Positions 40,628-47,273 of a stretch of 64,000 bases of DNA are shown one piece after another. The notes below the pieces were generated by a model. The model searched no databases and was not told the origin of the DNA. It worked only from the letters and a program-made list of their open reading frames with translations. Position 1 is the stretch's first letter. Each line of letters starts with the position of its first letter. The translations under genes and the position numbers were made by a program. This DNA comes from a virus. Lineage: Duplodnaviria; Heunggongvirae; Uroviricota; Caudoviricetes. The stretch spans positions 45,277 to 109,276 of the IMG/VR virus record IMGVR_UViG_3300012286_000299; one strand, given 5' to 3'.

Positions 40628-40659
40628 TTTGGCTCTCTTAGAGAGCCTTATTATATTTA
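40628..40659 (+). promoter_or_regulatory. Promoter with internal hairpin
   Basis: TTTG-N20-TATATTTA; GGCTCTC-TTA-GAGAGCC in spacer. Confidence 0.75.
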
Positions 40660-40680
40660 GACATATAAATTATTTAAGTT

Positions 40681-41466
40681 ATGAAAATATCACACGAATT
40701 ACCATTAAATTTATTAGAACACAGTATAGATTGGAACGATTATGAATATTGTTTACCACATCTTTTAGATAAACATTCGGATTATAGACAATATTTTTTA
40801 GATTCAAGAGAAAGAGATAGATTCATTATCATGGATAATGGATTATTTGAGGGAGTAACTCATACTACTCAAGATTTACTTGAAAAAATTGATTTAATTA
40901 AGCCTGATATTTTTATTGTTCCTGATGAATGGAATAATTCAACAATTACGGCTAAAAATGCTAAACATTGGTTACAATACAAGATGCCAATGCGTACTAA
41001 ATTAATGGTAGTATTACAAGGAAAAACCGTGAGTGATATTCATTTATTATATAAACAATGTATAGATTTAGGTTATACACATTTTGCATTTAACCATTCA
41101 TCTATTGTGTATCAAGAATTAGGTGGATCTGAAAATTCATTAGCTAATCAATCTGTAGGAAGAGTATTATTAATACAATATTTACTATCCCAAAATGTAA
41201 TTAAAGAACATCATTATATTCATTTATTAGGAGCATCAACTCCTCAAGAATTTACATTCTATAGAGATGCTTTACCAACATTAATTAATTCAGTTGATAC
41301 TTCAAATCCTATAATTTGTGGAGCTTTAGGTATTAAGTATACTGAATTTGGTTTATTAGAAAAACCTAAAGAAAAAATTGAAGAGTTTATGGAAGAAAAT
41401 TTGGATTCTCAATTAGAAGATATTATATTTAACGTAAAGAAATTTAAAGAGTTTTGTAATAAATGA
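40681..41466 (+). CDS. TGT-fold (tRNA-guanine transglycosylase/DpdA-like) protein
   Basis: IIMDNGLFEG, IVPDEW, VVLQGK, IHLLG, SVDTSNP; adjacent to queC. Confidence 0.55.
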   Translation: MKISHELPLNLLEHSIDWNDYEYCLPHLLDKHSDYRQYFLDSRERDRFIIMDNGLFEGVTHTTQDLLEKIDLIKPDIFIVPDEWNNSTITAKNAKHWLQYKMPMRTKLMVVLQGKTVSDIHLLYKQCIDLGYTHFAFNHSSIVYQELGGSENSLANQSVGRVLLIQYLLSQNVIKEHHYIHLLGASTPQEFTFYRDALPTLINSVDTSNPIICGALGIKYTEFGLLEKPKEKIEEFMEENLDSQLEDIIFNVKKFKEFCNK

Positions 41467-41606
41467 TAAAGTTTTATTTAATACAATTTATAAATTATCC
41501 ACTTAGGTGGTTTGGGTATAGTTATCAAAGAATGGCTGAAATAAATTATGAAACATTTGAAATAACTTATTATCCTTGGAAATTAGAAAAATTAAAACAC
41601 AAATAA
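41463..41606 (+). CDS. Small hypothetical protein (47 aa)
   Basis: ATGA overlap with upstream stop; fills gap before next gene. Confidence 0.4.
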   Translation: MIKFYLIQFINYPLRWFGYSYQRMAEINYETFEITYYPWKLEKLKHK

Positions 41607-41610
41607 AGTT

Positions 41611-41838
41611 ATGGAAGCACAAAAACCTTACATGATGTCTCTTTATGAGTATCTAGGTAGAGCCGCAGGGCCGGAATTAGGAAAAGAAGTAGCAGAAACT
41701 GCTGTTAAATTGAGAGAAACTATTAAAGAGCAGAATGTTTCAAATCCCAAATATACTGGTAAAGTTTTACTTTATCGTAGAGAATTCCTAGATGAATATT
41801 TTGGGAAAAAGATTTACGAAGGAGAAAAAAAAAAGTAA
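41611..41838 (+). CDS. Hypothetical protein
   Basis: MMSLYEYLGRAAGPELGKEVA; AAAGTT-ATG start context. Confidence 0.6.
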   Translation: MEAQKPYMMSLYEYLGRAAGPELGKEVAETAVKLRETIKEQNVSNPKYTGKVLLYRREFLDEYFGKKIYEGEKKK

Positions 41839-41845
41839 TTATAAA

Positions 41846-41877
41846 AGGGTTTGCCTATACCCTACTAATACCTGGCA
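41846..41877 (+). promoter_or_regulatory. Predicted H-type pseudoknot in queC leader
   Basis: AGGGT/ACCCT stem; loop TGCC can pair with downstream GGCA; 17 nt before ATG. Confidence 0.4.
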
Positions 41878-41894
41878 CAAATTAAATTATAATT

Positions 41895-42848
41895 ATGTCT
41901 AAAAAACACGTTGTAGTATCCTTAAGTGGAGGAATGGACTCAAGTACTTTATTACTTAGATGTCTAAAAGAGTATGATAGTGTAACAGCTATCTCATTTG
42001 ACTATGGACAAAAACATAGAGTAGAGCTAGAAAGAGCTCAATCATTGGTAAATTACTTAAATTCTACTTTAACTAAAGTAGAAGGGCTAACTCAAGGACA
42101 TCAAGATTTTTTTAAAGAAAACGGTATAGATGTCGATTCTTTTTTAGAGAGTAAAAAACAAGAACACGGACCTATCAATTATCGTCAAATCCAATTAAAT
42201 GGGTTAGTTGATCTATTAGATTCAGCTTTAGTAACAGGAGGTGAAGAAGTACCAGAAGGTCATTATGCAAAAGATAATATGAAAGCAACTGTTGTTCCTA
42301 ACAGAAACAAAATATTTGCTTCCATTACTCAAGCAGTAGCTTTATCAGTTGCTAATCGTACAGGAGAAACTTGTGACATAGCTTTAGGTATCCACTCAGG
42401 CGATCATTCTATTTATCCTGACTGTAGACAAGAGTTTATAGATGCAGATGATGCTGCTTTTAGAATGGGGAATTGGGATGCTGAAAGAGTAGGTTATTTT
42501 ACACCTTACTTGGAAGGAGATAAATTTACAATTTTACAAGATGGAGAAGTATTATGTAAAGAGTTAGGTTTAGATTTTAATGAAGTTTACAAAAGAACTA
42601 ACACTTCTTATAAGCCAATTTTTATCTTATTCCCTGAAGCTGAGAAGTTAAAAGCATTAAATGTAGATGATTCAAGACTAGGAAACTGGTACTCAGATTA
42701 TAAATCAGCTTCATCAGTTGAAAGAGTAGAAGCATTTATTAAGTTAGGAAGAAAAGATCCGGCTCCTTATGCAGACGAAACAGGGCCAGTAACATGGGAA
42801 CATGTAGTAGAAGAAGTAACAAAAGTGTTAGAAGCACATAAAATATAA
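41895..42848 (+). CDS. queC: 7-cyano-7-deazaguanine synthase
   Basis: SLSGGMDSST, FDYGQKH..E, VVPNRNKIF, YPDCRQEF. Confidence 0.9.
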   Translation: MSKKHVVVSLSGGMDSSTLLLRCLKEYDSVTAISFDYGQKHRVELERAQSLVNYLNSTLTKVEGLTQGHQDFFKENGIDVDSFLESKKQEHGPINYRQIQLNGLVDLLDSALVTGGEEVPEGHYAKDNMKATVVPNRNKIFASITQAVALSVANRTGETCDIALGIHSGDHSIYPDCRQEFIDADDAAFRMGNWDAERVGYFTPYLEGDKFTILQDGEVLCKELGLDFNEVYKRTNTSYKPIFILFPEAEKLKALNVDDSRLGNWYSDYKSASSVERVEAFIKLGRKDPAPYADETGPVTWEHVVEEVTKVLEAHKI

Positions 42849-42931
42849 ATTATGAAAAGAGACGATAAAGAGCAAGATATCACTGCAGATCAAAGTGCAG
42901 GTAATGCAAGTTTAACAAATTTACTAACATT

Positions 42932-43348
42932 ATGAACGATAAAACATCAAATTTTATAGGGTATAGTCAAACTCTAGGAGTACTAACAGGAAATCCATCA
43001 ACAACCCTTACAACAAACTGTAACGGAACAGTTAATATACATGCCGACGGTAATTGGGCAACTCCTCTTAATGGAGGAAGCGGCTTAAGCTATAGTAACG
43101 GAAGCGAATATAATTCATTATCAACATTAATAACAAATCAAAATAACATGGTAAAACAAGTAAAAGTAGCTGTATTTACAGTAGAAAGAAATGACAAGAA
43201 TCAAGTAACATCTACAAAATTCGTAAATGAACTATGGGTAGAAGTTAAAAACGGTACTTCATTAGATTTAGCTGTAGCTAAGCAATTGGATAAAGATTTT
43301 GACCCAAGTAATACAGTAGTAAGAGAAATTACTTCAATTACTTTCTAA
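42932..43348 (+). CDS. Hypothetical protein
   Basis: 138 aa; low-complexity N-half, KVAVFTVER C-half. Confidence 0.55.
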   Translation: MNDKTSNFIGYSQTLGVLTGNPSTTLTTNCNGTVNIHADGNWATPLNGGSGLSYSNGSEYNSLSTLITNQNNMVKQVKVAVFTVERNDKNQVTSTKFVNELWVEVKNGTSLDLAVAKQLDKDFDPSNTVVREITSITF

Positions 43349-43353
43349 AAAAG

Positions 43354-43385
43354 TTTGGAGAATAAAAATTAGTTTCGTATATTAA
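43354..43385 (+). promoter_or_regulatory. Promoter
   Basis: TTTG-N20-TATATTAA preceded by TTCG. Confidence 0.75.
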
Positions 43386-43405
43386 ATCAAATAAAAAAAT
43401 AAAAA

Positions 43406-43612
43406 ATGAAAAAAGTATTTTTAGCATTAGCCATTATTATGGCAATCACAGTAACAAGCTGTAAACAAGGAGAATCAACTGAAGTAACAACTGTAGATAC
43501 AGTTCAAGTAGACACTGCAAAAGTGGATACAACTGCAAAAGCAGACACTACTAAAGTAGATACAGTAAAAGCTAGTTTTACTCCAACTACAGAAGTACAC
43601 GCTGTAAAGTAA
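43406..43612 (+). CDS. Small lipoprotein with repeated DT(V/A/T) sequons
   Basis: MKK + hydrophobic core + VTSC lipobox; five D-T-X motifs. Confidence 0.75.
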   Translation: MKKVFLALAIIMAITVTSCKQGESTEVTTVDTVQVDTAKVDTTAKADTTKVDTVKASFTPTTEVHAVK

Positions 43613-43755
43613 TACTAAAATAACCTGTACCCTTGAGATACTCATTAAGATAGCAGGTTAGCTCGAAATAAAAGGGTAATAGAATAAGAGCAAATTAAAC
43701 TGTTAAGGTAGGATGTCAGTTATAGAGAGGTGAGCCATACCTATTCCTCTCAAAA

Positions 43756-43870
43756 TAGTCAGGTGGCGGAAAGGTAAACGCTCACAGGTTGGTATTGTAA
43801 AAGAGGAATTGACCTCCATCTCCATGTTTTAATGGTTATACCTTACAGGTTCAAATCCTGTCCTGACTAC
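43756..43870 (+). ncRNA. tRNA-like RNA with expanded, anticodon-less central domain
   Basis: AGTCAGG/CCTGACT acceptor, GCG..GGTA..CGC D arm, ACAGG-TTCAAAT-CCTGT T arm, ~60 nt insert. Confidence 0.6.
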
Positions 43871-43935
43871 AAAAGTTTTTGAAAACAAATTGCGGTTTTC
43901 ATCCTTATTATATATTTATAGTCACAAATAATAAA

Positions 43936-44076
43936 ATGATACAAGTTCAAAACATACATCAATTAAATAGCATAGCGCAGAGAGCCATTACAATGTGGTC
44001 GGATTCGTTATGTGGAGATGTTGTTCTTGGCTTTACGTATAATAACGAACCGAAACAAACCAAAACCGGGATATGA
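43936..44076 (+). CDS. Putative leader peptide (46 aa)
   Basis: ATG 17 nt after ATATTTAT motif, AAATAATAAA context; followed by terminator and tRNA cluster. Confidence 0.55.
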   Translation: MIQVQNIHQLNSIAQRAITMWSDSLCGDVVLGFTYNNEPKQTKTGI

Positions 44077-44108
44077 TATAAGTAATTATAACATATAAAT
44101 TCTAATAA

Positions 44109-44144
44109 GAAACCCGGATCAAAAAAAAGATTCGGGTTTTTTTT
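44109..44144 (+). terminator. Intrinsic terminator/attenuator before tRNA cluster
   Basis: AAACCCGGATC-A8-GATTCGGGTTT plus T run. Confidence 0.85.
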
Positions 44145-44152
44145 AAGAAAAA

Positions 44153-44184
44153 TTTGGAAATACAAAAAAAACTTCGTATATTAC
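44153..44184 (+). promoter_or_regulatory. Promoter of tRNA cluster
   Basis: TTTG-N20-TATATTAC. Confidence 0.75.
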
Positions 44185-44231
44185 GAATGTTAAAAAGATA
44201 AAGAGTTCATTGACATATTGGATAAAATTAA

Positions 44232-44319
44232 GGAGAGGTAAGCCAAGTCGGTCTACGGGTCGCGGTCTTGAAAACCGTTGGGTGTAACAGCCGTGTGAGT
44301 TCAAGTCTCACTCTCTCCG
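44232..44319 (+). tRNA. tRNA-Ser(TGA)
   Basis: GCGGT-CTTGAAA-ACCGT, long variable arm, GTGAG-TTCAAGT-CTCAC. Confidence 0.9.
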
Positions 44320-44325
44320 CAATAT

Positions 44326-44397
44326 TGCTTCATAGTGTAATGGTTAGCACAAAACACTTTGACTGTTTTAGTTTGAGTTCGAGTCTCAATGAAGCAT
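44326..44397 (+). tRNA. tRNA-Gln(TTG)
   Basis: AAACA-CTTTGAC-TGTTT; TGCTTCA/TGAAGCA acceptor. Confidence 0.9.
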
Positions 44398-44407
44398 CAA
44401 TTAATTT

Positions 44408-44483
44408 CTGGTAGTAGAGGAGTCCGGTTTATCTCGCTGGCCTTGGACGCTAGAGCACGCAGGTTCGAATCCTGCCTACCAGA
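44408..44483 (+). tRNA. tRNA-Pro(TGG)
   Basis: CTGGC-CTTGGAC-GCTAG; GCAGG-TTCGAAT-CCTGC. Confidence 0.9.
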
Positions 44484-44489
44484 CAACAT

Positions 44490-44562
44490 TCCTTCGAAGC
44501 TCATGTGGACGGGCACCGGGCTTTTAACTCGGGGGTAGTTGGTTCGAGGCCAACCGGGGGAA
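44490..44562 (+). tRNA. tRNA-Lys(TTT)
   Basis: CCGGG-CTTTTAA-CTCGG; GTTGG-TTCGAGG-CCAAC. Confidence 0.85.
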
Positions 44563-44650
44563 CAAAATCAACTAGTCACTGTAAAACCAGTGGGCGTCAG
44601 TAAGTATTCTGAGCGACGTTTAAATCCTGAAAGCAATTGTTGATTTATTT

Positions 44651-44721
44651 GCCTCTGTCGTCTAAAGGTAGGGCCGTTGTTTTACATGCAACAGGTGGTG
44701 GTTCGATTCCATCCAGAGGTA
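44651..44721 (+). tRNA. tRNA-Val(TAC), atypical
   Basis: GCCTCTG/CAGAGGT acceptor; anticodon loop only 6 nt (TTACAT); extra G before T loop. Confidence 0.55.
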
Positions 44722-44729
44722 CAAAAATT

Positions 44730-44810
44730 GGGTAGCAAAAGTCGTTCGGATACGGCAGCCGGTCTGTAAAATCGGTCCTCACGGGGGTGGTTCGAGTCCA
44801 CTGTTGCCCA
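44730..44810 (+). tRNA. tRNA-Tyr(GTA)
   Basis: CCGGT-CTGTAAA-ATCGG; variable arm; GGTGG-TTCGAGT-CCACT. Confidence 0.85.
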
Positions 44811-44874
44811 CAGAATAGTAGAGAAAGGGTAGTCCGTTCCCCTACAACCAGTATACAGGTAAGCGGACGCATAA

Positions 44875-44947
44875 GGAGCTTTGGCAGATCAGGTGATTGC
44901 GCTAGACTGAAAATCTAGAGGAACGGGCTCGATACCCGTAGGCTCCA
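44875..44947 (+). tRNA. tRNA-Phe(GAA)
   Basis: CTAGA-CTGAAAA-TCTAG; T loop CTCGATA atypical. Confidence 0.85.
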
Positions 44948-44956
44948 CAAAAAATT

Positions 44957-45028
44957 GGATTGTTAGCTCAGAGGCAGAGCGGTTGTTTGTTAGGCAACGG
45001 GTCGGGATTTCGAAATTCCCACAATCCT
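44957..45028 (+). tRNA. tRNA-Asn(GTT)
   Basis: GTTGT-TTGTTAG-GCAAC; GGATTGT/ACAATCC. Confidence 0.8.
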
Positions 45029-45034
45029 CAAAAT

Positions 45035-45106
45035 TGCTCTATCGTATAAAGGTTATTACGGTTGACTGTTAATCAATTTATCTAGGTTCGAGTCCTAGTG
45101 GAGCAG
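45035..45106 (+). tRNA. tRNA-Asn(GTT), second copy
   Basis: GTTGA-CTGTTAA-TCAAT; CTAGG-TTCGAGT-CCTAG. Confidence 0.9.
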
Positions 45107-45116
45107 CAAATAAAAA

Positions 45117-45240
45117 TGGGGAAGAAATTCAAAACACTCTCGCGAATTTCTTCAGGAATGATAGTTAAGTAAAGAGTTACATCGGTAAAAACAAGCACTT
45201 GAAATTGTAAGTTAGTTGGTTCGAATCCAACCTTCCCCAC
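45117..45240 (+). ncRNA. tRNA-like RNA with acceptor stem and T arm but non-canonical interior
   Basis: GGGGAAG/CTTCCCC stem stacked on GTTGG-TTCGAAT-CCAAC; ~90 nt interior with GAAGAAATTC/GAATTTCTTC hairpin. Confidence 0.5.
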
Positions 45241-45369
45241 AAAGACTTTTTGTTTGATTAGGAATAATAGGTAGGTCGATAATTATTCCATGGCCCAGAA
45301 ACAATTAGTTAATATCACCAAGGAGGGGTCCATTAGAGGTGATTAATAAATATCTATAAACTCCTGCCA

Positions 45370-45442
45370 CGGTGCGTAGCTCAATCGGTAGAGCGCTGAT
45401 CTGATACGTCAGAGGTAGTGGGATCGTAACCCGCCGTACCGA
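45370..45442 (+). tRNA. tRNA-Ile(GAT)
   Basis: CTGAT-CTGATAC-GTCAG; T loop ATCGTAA atypical. Confidence 0.85.
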
Positions 45443-45510
45443 CAGAAAACCTAGAGTGCTCATTGAATGATGTGGATACAATTCCCGTTCCTTAAGTTCT
45501 AGGTTAAATT

Positions 45511-45597
45511 GGAGAATAGTCTAATATTGGTTTGTAGTGGCATCCTGCTAAGATGTTCCAGGTAAAACTGGTGAGGGTTCGATTCCCTTGTTCTCCG
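45511..45597 (+). tRNA. tRNA-Ser(GCT)
   Basis: GCATC-CTGCTAA-GATGT; CCAG-GTAAAA-CTGG variable arm. Confidence 0.9.
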
Positions 45598-45726
45598 CAA
45601 AAACCTACTCACCGTCCTCATTACGTGTTTAAGGAACACAGGAGTAGAATAGTACGCTCGGTGACTCAGTGGTAAGACACTTTAAAATCTAAAGTACAAC
45701 GATAAGTTAATGGGTTCTTATCAAAT

Positions 45727-45796
45727 ACCGAATGATCTTGGTGATCGAGAATGGCTCATATCCGCTCTCAGATTGGTTCGAAACCAATATTCGGTA
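45727..45796 (+). tRNA. tRNA(CAT), atypical compact
   Basis: ACCGAAT/ATTCGGT acceptor, CTCATAT loop, ATTGG-TTCGAAA-CCAAT; minimal D arm. Confidence 0.55.
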
Positions 45797-45919
45797 CAAG
45801 TAGCCCCGCTCGCGAGGGGATCGTAAAACACAGTAAGCCTCTGACACAAGCTCAAGTAACTGTTCTCATCGTATAGGAGATAGAGTTAACCTTCTCGACG
45901 TCGTGTAAAAAGGTAATAT

Positions 45920-45992
45920 GGTGTTTGTAGCTGAATGGTAAAGCGCTTGATTGTGGTTCAAGAGATTGCGGGTTCGAGTCCCGTCTTACACC
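45920..45992 (+). tRNA. tRNA-His(GTG)
   Basis: CTTGA-TTGTGGT-TCAAG; encoded G-1 opposite C73. Confidence 0.88.
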
Positions 45993-45999
45993 CAAATAT

Positions 46000-46072
46000 G
46001 CCCCTGTGGTGGAATGGAAGACACAACGAGTTTAAGCCTCGTAAACTGCAGGTTCGACTCCTGTCAGGGGTA
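46000..46072 (+). tRNA. tRNA-Leu(TAA), short variable loop
   Basis: ACGAG-TTTAAGC-CTCGT; variable region AAACT only. Confidence 0.85.
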
Positions 46073-46077
46073 CAATT

Positions 46078-46149
46078 GGTCTTATAGTTTAATTGGAAAA
46101 ACTTATCGCTACGAACGATAGAACAAAGGTTCGATCCCTTTTAAGACCT
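46078..46149 (+). tRNA. tRNA-Arg(ACG)
   Basis: TATCG-CTACGAA-CGATA; GGTCTTA/TAAGACC. Confidence 0.88.
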
Positions 46150-46151
46150 CA

Positions 46152-46304
46152 AAACATAATTACAAAGCGTAGATAAGAAGACGTGGAGAGACGTGTCGCA
46201 AGGGTACACAGTTGGGATAAACAGAAATGTTCGGCTCTCGATGGCTGTGTGAAGCACTGAGAAATCAGAAACCAGATTCCTGATAAATCTTATCAATTAT
46301 GTTT
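46152..46304 (+). ncRNA. Unassigned structured RNA between tRNA genes
   Basis: AAACATAATT/AATTATGTTT closing stem, GATAAGA/TCTTATC, ACACAG/CTGTGT, CTGA-GAAA-TCAG. Confidence 0.45.
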
Positions 46305-46308
46305 ATTT

Positions 46309-46381
46309 GCCCTTATAGCATAAATGGAAATGCCACATCCTTCTAAGATGTTCAATACCTGTTCGAATCGGGTTAGGGGTA
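46309..46381 (+). tRNA. tRNA-Arg(TCT)
   Basis: ACATC-CTTCTAA-GATGT. Confidence 0.85.
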
Positions 46382-46387
46382 CAAAAT

Positions 46388-46458
46388 GCGTTCCGCAGAC
46401 AAGGTGTCGGTCAGGTCTCCAAAACCTCGACGGCTGGGTTCGATTCCTAGGGTTCGCG
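46388..46458 (+). tRNA. tRNA-Trp(CCA)
   Basis: AGGT-CTCCAAA-ACCT; two T-T mismatches in acceptor. Confidence 0.75.
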
Positions 46459-46495
46459 CAAATTTAAATAATTGTTTCACTAAAAACCAGAAATC

Positions 46496-47002
46496 ATGAG
46501 TAAGTATCAAAAAACACTCGTAGTGGATTCAAGCTTTATTGCAAGATCAATTATCAGTACTGAAAGAGCATTCGTGATTTCGTACAAGGGTAATGCTGAA
46601 GTAGTAGCTGAACATCCAGAAACTTTCGGATTAGTAAATCCGGAATTAGAAATTTTTAAACCTTCAATTATTAGGGTTTATAAGTATGTAAAGCAAAACA
46701 TTCAAAAAGTTCCTCCAACAAGAGAAAACATCTATAGAAGAGATAACTTTGAATGTGTATATTGTGGAGACAGCAACCAAAGAACATTAACGTTAGATCA
46801 CGTTATTCCTCAATCAAAAGGGGGAAGAAATACATGGGATAACTTAGTAACAGCTTGTAAAAGATGTAATAGTGAAAAAGCCGATTTAACATTAGAAGAA
46901 TTTGGAAAGGAAATACCAGAACCAAAACGTCCTCATTACTTAATGTTGTTAAGACAAATTCACGATATTCCAAAAGAATGGGAACATTTTTTACTTTTTT
47001 AG
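46496..47002 (+). CDS. HNH endonuclease (McrA-like)
   Basis: RRDNFECVYCG, LTLDHVIPQSKGG..TWDNLVTACKRCNSEK. Confidence 0.92.
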   Translation: MSKYQKTLVVDSSFIARSIISTERAFVISYKGNAEVVAEHPETFGLVNPELEIFKPSIIRVYKYVKQNIQKVPPTRENIYRRDNFECVYCGDSNQRTLTLDHVIPQSKGGRNTWDNLVTACKRCNSEKADLTLEEFGKEIPEPKRPHYLMLLRQIHDIPKEWEHFLLF

Positions 47003-47046
47003 TAGGATATTCAAAATAAATTTTGTATATTTAATTATAATAAAAT

Positions 47047-47126
47047 AAATAAACACCTGCTACGTAATCACTGCAGGATAACACGTACAGACAAGGAAGA
47101 AAAGGTCAGTCCAGGTGTTTTTATTT
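47047..47126 (+). ncRNA. Unassigned hairpin-closed element abutting tRNA-Cys
   Basis: AAACACCTG/CAGGTGTTT closing stem. Confidence 0.3.
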
Positions 47127-47198
47127 GGTCCTAAGGCTGATGGTTAAGCTCCACGTCTGCAAAACGTAGGATTTAAAGTTCGAATCTTTATAGGACCT
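47127..47198 (+). tRNA. tRNA-Cys(GCA)
   Basis: ACGT-CTGCAAA-ACGT; GGTCCTA/TAGGACC; T discriminator. Confidence 0.88.
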
Positions 47199-47201
47199 CA
47201 A

Positions 47202-47253
47202 AAAAACTTTTAAAAAAAGTTTGGTTACGCAAAAAATATTTCGTATATTTAAG
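47202..47253 (+). repeat. ~52-bp promoter cassette duplicated at 48854-48906
   Basis: AAAAACTTTT(T)AAAAAAAGTTTGGTTAYGCAAAAAATATTTCGTATATTYAAG; contains TTTG-N20-TATATT. Confidence 0.85.
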
Positions 47254-47273
47254 ATGTAATAAAATAAATAATT

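Noticed and set aside
42852-42935. 27-codon ORF overlapping the start of 42932
   Set aside because: Too short and featureless to support, although the ATGA overlap is suggestive
43959-44165. Minus-strand 68-aa ORF and the 43879 alternative start of the leader ORF
   Set aside because: Overlaps terminator and promoter; the 43879 start is not ATG and lies upstream of the ATATTTAT motif, while ATG 43936 has a typical context
44645-44872. Minus-strand 75-aa ORF
   Set aside because: Antisense to tRNA-Val and tRNA-Tyr; artefact of tRNA sequence
45654-45722. Additional tRNA after tRNA-Ser(GCT)
   Set aside because: Has a D-loop-like TCAGTGGTAAGA and two hairpins but no T loop or acceptor pairing; at most a remnant
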